IMG/VR virus record: IMGVR_UViG_3300047546_000864 | Location: 51,898 to 71,897 of that record | DNA: 20,000 nt | From: an uncultured virus (IMG/VR IMGVR_UViG_3300047546_000864) | Lineage: Duplodnaviria > Heunggongvirae > Uroviricota > Caudoviricetes > Kyanoviridae | Strand: one strand, 5' to 3' | In this document: positions 15,318 through 20,000 of the stretch, piece by piece | How the letters are laid out: every line of letters starts with the position of its first letter | Numbering within the stretch: position 1 is the stretch's first letter | Notes under the pieces: model-generated | Told to the model about the DNA's origin: nothing | The model's input: the letters and a program-made list of their open reading frames with translations, nothing else | The model's database searches: none | Position numbers and translations under genes: made by a program

Positions 15318-15731
15318 ATCGCTACTCGTGGTCGTATCGGAATTGAACTCTCTGATGGGTCTATTCTTTCGGTTTATCATCATTGGGACTCGTATGAGTC
15401 TTGGCTGGGTCGTATCCTGAAGACTCACTATAACACCAAAGATAAAGTTGCAGAACTGATTGATGGTGGTGATATGTCCTCCTGCTGGACTGAAGACCGC
15501 TGGAATAGTGAGACCAAAGCACAGGAATATGGTCCTCAATACTATTCCGAGCGTGGTGAAGATTGCCCCCCGCGTCTTGATGCTGACCTTGCAGAGTATC
15601 TGCTCCCTGAGAATGGTGAAGAGTATCACTATGTCTTCCGCAACGGTGAGTGGGTTTGCTACAATATGAATTGCTATGAACAAAAACTTCCTGAAGTTGT
15701 TGAAATTCCCTCTGGTGCTTTAGCAGTCTGA
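15318..15731 (+). CDS. cyanophage hypothetical protein with apparent ATC start (ORF track gives only 15474..15731)
   Basis: Frame open from 15303: (I)ATRGRIGIELSDGSILSVYHHWDSYESWLGRILKTHYN...LIDGGDMSSCW; GAGG at 15306-15309. Confidence 0.7.
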   Translation: MATRGRIGIELSDGSILSVYHHWDSYESWLGRILKTHYNTKDKVAELIDGGDMSSCWTEDRWNSETKAQEYGPQYYSERGEDCPPRLDADLAEYLLPENGEEYHYVFRNGEWVCYNMNCYEQKLPEVVEIPSGALAV

Positions 15732-15733
15732 TC

Positions 15734-15742
15734 TGCTATACT
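15734..15742 (+). promoter_or_regulatory. extended -10 promoter
   Basis: TGCTATACT upstream of GAGG RBS and ATG 15767. Confidence 0.5.
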
Positions 15743-15766
15743 ATTCAAGTAACTGAGGAACTCACA

Positions 15767-15892
15767 ATGGATCTATCTGAGCTGATTGATGAACTGCGGG
15801 AAATTGAAATCTATGGGTCCGAACCTTCAGATTGGATGGGATATATGAGTTCTGATGACTACTGGGTGCCAGATGAGGAACTGGTCTACTGA
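15767..15892 (+). CDS. small acidic protein (41 aa)
   Basis: MDLSELIDELREIEIYGSEPSDWMGYMSSDDYWVPDEELVY; GAGGA RBS. Confidence 0.7.
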   Translation: MDLSELIDELREIEIYGSEPSDWMGYMSSDDYWVPDEELVY

Positions 15893-15924
15893 CCTCCTGA
15901 GCGGTGCCTAGGTGCCGCTATAAT
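15866..15924 (+). promoter_or_regulatory. palindrome promoter element (copy 7)
   Basis: GTGCCAGAT-GAGG-AACTGGTCT, 31-bp GC-rich gap with hairpin, TATAAT. Confidence 0.75.
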
Positions 15925-15945
15925 AAGCACATACGCAACCAAGCA

Positions 15946-16386
15946 ATGACGACCACCTTCGCTGAATACTCCGCCCAAGCAGAGGCACGGAAGAACATCG
16001 CAGAGGCAGTTCTGGGTCACACCTATGCCCTCTGTGAGGCGCTGCGCCAGAACTTCATTGAGTATAGCATCAAATCTCATCAAAAGTTTGTAGATGATGC
16101 TGATACTCACGAGTATCATCAAAAGCAGATTGCTAAACTGAAAGAGGGTATTTGTGGTTATGAGTTCTACCCTGAAACGGGTCGTAAGTATCACAAAATC
16201 ATTATGGTCGCCAATGGTTCTCGCTCTGTCCACGCTTTTGTGGATAAGCAGACTGGTCAAGTGTATAAGTCTGCATCGTTCAAAGCTCCTGCGAAAGGTG
16301 TTCGTTATGACCTTCGCATCATTGAGCAGCGTGAATGGTTGTTCCAACACGCAGATTGGAGCGGGCAATATTTGTATGCCCGTTGA
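15946..16386 (+). CDS. cyanophage hypothetical (probable early) protein
   Basis: TGRKYHKI...SVHAFVDKQTGQVYKSASFKAPAKGVRYDL; ATG after promoter. Confidence 0.85.
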   Translation: MTTTFAEYSAQAEARKNIAEAVLGHTYALCEALRQNFIEYSIKSHQKFVDDADTHEYHQKQIAKLKEGICGYEFYPETGRKYHKIIMVANGSRSVHAFVDKQTGQVYKSASFKAPAKGVRYDLRIIEQREWLFQHADWSGQYLYAR

Positions 16387-16388
16387 TT

Positions 16389-16523
16389 ATGACTGCTAAA
16401 GAAAAACTCCTGTTTGTTTCTGCGTTCATTTGGTTTTTGCACTGGGGTCAATGTCTTACATTACGCACACTGGATATGGTTATCGCAAGCGGGTCTGTGA
16501 GGATGTTACCGCTTGGTTTCTGA
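16389..16523 (+). CDS. small hydrophobic protein (44 aa)
   Basis: MTAKEKLLFVSAFIWFLHWG...; overlaps next gene. Confidence 0.5.
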   Translation: MTAKEKLLFVSAFIWFLHWGQCLTLRTLDMVIASGSVRMLPLGF

Positions 16524-16927
16524 ATCGTTTCTTTCCACGGCATAAGATTCAAGTTGATATTGTGCATCGTGGTTTGAATCGTGAGCAGGTTTATGGATAT
16601 TGTGACGTTGTAGGTGAAACCTATCGTCCCCGTCACTTTCTGATTGAATTGAATACCTATATGGATGATGAGTTGTATATAAAAACTCTTTTGCACGAAC
16701 TGACGCACCTGCGACAGTGGGTGGTCGGTTCGCTGCGACTCCGACGTGGAAAAATGTGTTATGGTAAAGAATGTGTGGAAGATATGGACTATTGGATGCA
16801 ACCACACGAAATTGAAGCACGGGAACAGGAAGAAACCTTATATGTTGAGTATTTGTTTGACGAACTGAATGTACCAGTTCCAGAAGTGGTACAATTCTTC
16901 CCCAACCGCTTGACGCAGGCAGTATAA
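16451..16927 (+). CDS. HExxH zincin-like metallopeptidase domain protein
   Basis: TLLHELTHLRQW plus downstream PHEIEAR. Confidence 0.7.
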   Translation: MSYITHTGYGYRKRVCEDVTAWFLNRFFPRHKIQVDIVHRGLNREQVYGYCDVVGETYRPRHFLIELNTYMDDELYIKTLLHELTHLRQWVVGSLRLRRGKMCYGKECVEDMDYWMQPHEIEAREQEETLYVEYLFDELNVPVPEVVQFFPNRLTQAV

Positions 16928-16928
16928 T
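16871..16928 (+). promoter_or_regulatory. palindrome promoter element (copy 8)
   Basis: TGTACCAGTT-CCAG-AAGTGGTACA, 30-bp gap, TATAAT. Confidence 0.8.
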
Positions 16929-16963
16929 ATGAAGGTCACTAACCGACACAAGCAGATTCACAG

Positions 16964-17317
16964 ATGATGAAATCTATTTTTCTTTCTTTTTTCCTTCTTG
17001 CGTCTCCTGCACTTGCACAAGATGCCTATCGTCCGTTTCGTTATGAAACTGCCTGTGGAATTGAGTCTGGTACTGAATTCTATGAGGATACTTGTGTTGT
17101 GATTGAAACTCGTGAAAAGAGCGGTGCGCTTCGTACTCGCAATATCTTCTCTAACAGATTTGCTCTGACCATTAAGGGTAGGTTTGATAAAGAGAAAGGA
17201 TATATGACTTGGGATAGTCATAACAAATATGAATACAAATGGGATTACAAACCTGGTGGAACTGGCTGGACTTATGTAATGCCTGGTGTTCTTCTTGAAA
17301 ATGTTTCTTGGGACTGA
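16964..17317 (+). CDS. putative exported protein
   Basis: Signal-peptide-like MMKSIFLSFFLLASPALA|QD; Cys pair. Confidence 0.8.
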   Translation: MMKSIFLSFFLLASPALAQDAYRPFRYETACGIESGTEFYEDTCVVIETREKSGALRTRNIFSNRFALTIKGRFDKEKGYMTWDSHNKYEYKWDYKPGGTGWTYVMPGVLLENVSWD

Positions 17318-17322
17318 TAACA

Positions 17323-17526
17323 ATGACTGAAACGACTTTACAACTGAATGTTCACGAAATTGGTGTAATTCTATCTGCATTGCAGACCTTAGACCTTCGT
17401 GATGAATATCAAATCGCACGGGAATATGGAAGTGTTCCTGCACTGTATAACAAACTTTACACGGTCTTTGAGCGAATGGACAGATCCGGAACTGTCCTCC
17501 GCAACGACGTGGTGCCGTCCTTCTGA
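17323..17526 (+). CDS. hypothetical protein
   Basis: MTETTLQLNVHEIGVILSALQ... Confidence 0.75.
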   Translation: MTETTLQLNVHEIGVILSALQTLDLRDEYQIAREYGSVPALYNKLYTVFERMDRSGTVLRNDVVPSF

Positions 17527-17534
17527 CCTATAAT
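17477..17534 (+). promoter_or_regulatory. palindrome promoter element (copy 9)
   Basis: TGGACAGAT-CCGG-AACTGTCCT, 30-bp gap, TATAAT. Confidence 0.75.
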
Positions 17535-17559
17535 ACAAAGGTAATCGGGATGCCCCCCA

Positions 17560-17808
17560 ATGATTGACTTCCCCACTCTCCAGTCCAAAGACGGCACGAT
17601 GCTGGTTGGTTTCTATCCGATTGCTGATTGTTCCAACTACACTCTCAAGGTTCTTTCTTGGAAGGGTGTGGATACCATCTCCCGCAAGTGCATCAGCAAA
17701 AAGGATGCTCAGCGTGAGATTGATGAGCGTCTGGCGCTGGATTATCTGATCACTGGTGATAACATTGATCTGGTACAAGAGTACAACGTTATGCAAGGTG
17801 CCTGCTGA
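17560..17808 (+). CDS. hypothetical protein
   Basis: 82-aa ORF after promoter. Confidence 0.8.
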   Translation: MIDFPTLQSKDGTMLVGFYPIADCSNYTLKVLSWKGVDTISRKCISKKDAQREIDERLALDYLITGDNIDLVQEYNVMQGAC

Positions 17809-17951
17809 TGAAGTTCCCTTATGTTTTCTTGATTCTGTTTGGATTGATGATCGGTTGGAATGTATTTCTAATTGAGCGTGATGCTAAACTGATGAAGTCT
17901 TATGATGCTTGTGTTAAATCCAGTGATCATCCTCATTGCCCTGTAGACTAA
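17808..17951 (+). CDS. small membrane protein (47 aa)
   Basis: MKFPYVFLILFGLMIGWNVFLIERD...; coupled on both sides. Confidence 0.7.
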   Translation: MKFPYVFLILFGLMIGWNVFLIERDAKLMKSYDACVKSSDHPHCPVD

Positions 17952-18133
17952 TGAACGACGAAGACATCAAACAATTTATGAATGCTTTTGAAGATTTTAT
18001 GAAGCACTCTGAGATGGAGATTCATTCTTATCAGCAATGGGGTGAAGCAAAACAATACACGAAACGTTTTTATGAGAAGCAAGCCAAAAAACTTGATGTA
18101 TCGGTTGAGTATTATATTCAGGAGTTTGTATGA
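17951..18133 (+). CDS. hypothetical protein
   Basis: MNDEDIKQFMNAFEDF...VEYYIQEFV; TAATG coupling. Confidence 0.75.
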   Translation: MNDEDIKQFMNAFEDFMKHSEMEIHSYQQWGEAKQYTKRFYEKQAKKLDVSVEYYIQEFV

Positions 18134-18315
18134 TGGATCGGAGAATGAAGTTAAATTTTGCATTAATGCAAACTGAGAACATCTACAGTTTGCTACAAGA
18201 TGGAGAGTATGCTGGATTCTTTTCTTCTCATCTACTGCCGATTAAGTATGAGATTGAGAGACAACTCAGCTGCTTGACAAATGCTCACAAACAATCTAAA
18301 ATGAAGGAGTCCTAA
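18130..18315 (+). CDS. hypothetical protein
   Basis: 61-aa ORF, AGGAG RBS. Confidence 0.75.
   Translation: MMDRRMKLNFALMQTENIYSLLQDGEYAGFFSSHLLPIKYEIERQLSCLTNAHKQSKMKES
18274..18302 (+). promoter_or_regulatory. near-consensus sigma70 promoter
   Basis: TTGACA-N17-TAAAAT. Confidence 0.7.
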
Positions 18316-18325
18316 AACACAAACG

Positions 18326-18556
18326 ATGAAATATCTGTACATTGTTGATTACTGGGTGCCGTTTCCTTCTTCTGAATACGGTGGTCTGATTAATCTAATT
18401 GCTGAGTCTGATACTGAAGCATTTGAGATTCTTTCTAACGAACAGTCTTTTGATGATCGGTATACTGATCGCATTATGGAAAGAGTGGTCAATGCACAAA
18501 AGTTCGCACTGGTAGATGAATTTGGATCTGGTCTTCTGGAGGCATTTACAACGTGA
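18326..18556 (+). CDS. cyanophage hypothetical protein
   Basis: MKYLYIVDYWVPFPSSEYGG... Confidence 0.8.
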   Translation: MKYLYIVDYWVPFPSSEYGGLINLIAESDTEAFEILSNEQSFDDRYTDRIMERVVNAQKFALVDEFGSGLLEAFTT

Positions 18557-18714
18557 ATCAACTCTATCGCATTGAAGAATTTTACACGGATGGTTGGGCA
18601 TTGATTGAAGAGGATGCGAAGCAATTAACCAAAGAGCAATGTGATGCACGTCTTCAACAATATCTTGCTTTAGGTTATAATCCAAATCGTCTCCGTGCAG
18701 TCCGTGATTCCTGA
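18553..18714 (+). CDS. hypothetical protein (53 aa)
   Basis: MNQLYRIEEFYTDGW...LTKEQC...GYNPNRLRAVRDS; GGAGG RBS; GTGA coupling. Confidence 0.75.
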   Translation: MNQLYRIEEFYTDGWALIEEDAKQLTKEQCDARLQQYLALGYNPNRLRAVRDS

Positions 18715-18991
18715 ATTCCCCCACAAAGCACCTCAAGGTTATAGTTATGAAACTGAGTCATTCAAACGTAATATTGTTGCAATCTGGATTCTACATCATC
18801 GTAAGTTTGACTACAATCTTGGTGGGGATGTTCGTTGTATCTGGGGATTCTACAATTCAAAAACAAAAGAATACTTCTCCCCAGTCAATAGTAAGACAGT
18901 GGGTAAGCGTGTGAGTATTGATGATACAACACCTTATTCTGCAATGATTCCAAATCTAACTCCATTAGAGCAATGTATGTTCCCAAGGTAA
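18704..18991 (+). CDS. cyanophage hypothetical protein
   Basis: MIPEFPHKAPQGYSYE...CIWGFY...TTPYSAM. Confidence 0.8.
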   Translation: MIPEFPHKAPQGYSYETESFKRNIVAIWILHHRKFDYNLGGDVRCIWGFYNSKTKEYFSPVNSKTVGKRVSIDDTTPYSAMIPNLTPLEQCMFPR

Positions 18992-19206
18992 ATGATTATG
19001 TAACGTGGACTAAAGGTGTAGAAGGATGGATATACTTCGTTGATAAGCAGTATATTACAATCGAGGTCGCAACAAAACCAAAAGATGAGATTAACTACGA
19101 AGCCTGTCGTCTTCATAAAAATGAAAGGTTATTAGTCTTGTGTTATGCGAATCAATGGAAAGAGTTAACGTACATCCGAACAAGGCAATCAATCTATGAA
19201 GAATAA
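18973..19206 (+). CDS. hypothetical protein
   Basis: 77-aa ORF MYVPKVNDYVTW...EGWIYF. Confidence 0.8.
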   Translation: MYVPKVNDYVTWTKGVEGWIYFVDKQYITIEVATKPKDEINYEACRLHKNERLLVLCYANQWKELTYIRTRQSIYEE

Positions 19207-19465
19207 GACAGTATGGAGATGGTGGGCAAAAGCATTAGGAGAGAAAGCATCCAAGTGTGATAAAGAGTCTGATACTATTGCGATCATACGAACGGTCATC
19301 TTTCTCTCCTATTTGATTACCAATGGATTCATCATTGCAGGTGTAGTCAGACATTGGAATGATTCAAAACCAATTATCATTTATCAGTATGAATTACCAA
19401 GTAATCTATCTCAAAAACAAGAAGAACAAACAATCAAAACAAATCGCAACTTTCTATACGATTGA
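19196..19465 (+). CDS. hypothetical membrane protein
   Basis: WRWWAKALGEKA...IAIIRTVIFLSYLITNGFIIAGVVRHW. Confidence 0.75.
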   Translation: MKNKTVWRWWAKALGEKASKCDKESDTIAIIRTVIFLSYLITNGFIIAGVVRHWNDSKPIIIYQYELPSNLSQKQEEQTIKTNRNFLYD

Positions 19466-19538
19466 AGATGCTACTCTATGGGAGAAACATATTCAACAAC
19501 AAGGATATGTTCATAGTGAGATCATCCCTGTCTTGTAG
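19389..19538 (+). CDS. hypothetical protein (49 aa)
   Basis: MNYQVIYLKNKKNKQSKQIATFYTIEDATLWEKHI...; overlaps previous gene. Confidence 0.6.
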   Translation: MNYQVIYLKNKKNKQSKQIATFYTIEDATLWEKHIQQQGYVHSEIIPVL

Positions 19539-19540
19539 AA

Positions 19541-19547
19541 ATAAATA
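19541..19547 (+). promoter_or_regulatory. T4-type late promoter
   Basis: ATAAATA upstream of 19574 ORF. Confidence 0.6.
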
Positions 19548-19573
19548 GGATCAATACAGTCCTTATATAGAGA

Positions 19574-19744
19574 ATGAAAACGTTTCAACAATTTATGGAA
19601 CAGATTCCTTCTGCTCCACAAACTTCACTCTCAATGTTCCGTGCTAGACAGAATGCGATTGCGAGTCGTCAACAACGTAGACACGTACACGGAGAGTTAG
19701 AAAGAAGAGCAGAACACGAACTTTCTAACCTCCAAAAGGCATAA
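19574..19744 (+). CDS. putative capsid-packaged internal protein (56 aa)
   Basis: N-terminus MKTFQQFME resembles the T4 capsid-targeting sequence MKTYQEFIAE; late promoter; Arg-rich body. Confidence 0.65.
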   Translation: MKTFQQFMEQIPSAPQTSLSMFRARQNAIASRQQRRHVHGELERRAEHELSNLQKA

Positions 19745-19854
19745 AAATCAATAAAAAAGGTTAAAATCAATTAAAAAATATATTAAAAAATATATTATTG
19801 TTTTTTATTCGGTTGTATAATGTTAGTGTTATATGCTTATATTATCTGTTTAAT

Positions 19855-20000
19855 ACCTCATTAAAACCCCATTAAAACCTTATAAAAACCCCATTAAAAC
19901 CTTATAAAGACCTTATAAAGACCTTATAAAGACCTTATAAAGACCTTATAAAGACCTTATAAAGACCTTATAAAGACCTTATAAAGACCTTATAAAGACC
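19855..20000. repeat. 11-bp tandem repeat array (continues past window end)
   Basis: 4 variant units (ACCTCATTAAA, ACCCCATTAAA, ACCTTATAAAA, ACCCCATTAAA), then 9 perfect ACCTTATAAAG from 19899 plus a partial unit. Confidence 0.95.

Noticed and set aside
15681..15742. Tenth palindrome copy (CAAAAACTT-CCTG-AAGTTGTTG)
   Set aside because: Outer arms are degenerate and the gap to the -10 is 34 bp rather than 30-31; at best a relic, so not counted.
16910..16928. TTGACG as the -35 for TATAAT at 16923
   Set aside because: Only 7 bp of spacing.
19855..20000. CRISPR array
   Set aside because: Units are 11 bp and directly adjacent, with no unique spacers and no cas genes.

Overview
A 20-kb segment of what looks like a T4-like cyanomyovirus genome, judged from cp12, T4-type late promoters and typical cyanophage hypothetical proteins. 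All credible genes are on the + strand. It starts in the 3' end of a tail-fibre-like gene, then runs through a dense, translationally coupled region of about 60 mostly small ORFs. Recognisable genes are an SF2 (DEAH) helicase, dTDP-glucose 4,6-dehydratase, an AbrB/SpoVT-domain protein, CP12, an orphan beta-class DNA methyltransferase, a GIY-YIG-like homing endonuclease, an HExxH peptidase-like protein and a probable internal head protein. The most striking non-coding signal is a dispersed 22-bp quasi-palindrome (GTGNCAGTT-N4-AACTGNCAC-like, 9 copies). It sits 30-31 bp (28 bp in one copy) upstream of a -10 box, usually without a -35 box, and is often overlapped by the 3' end of the preceding gene. 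The window ends in an AT-rich tract followed by an 11-bp tandem array that may be a replication origin. All calls are by eye; no database searches were run.
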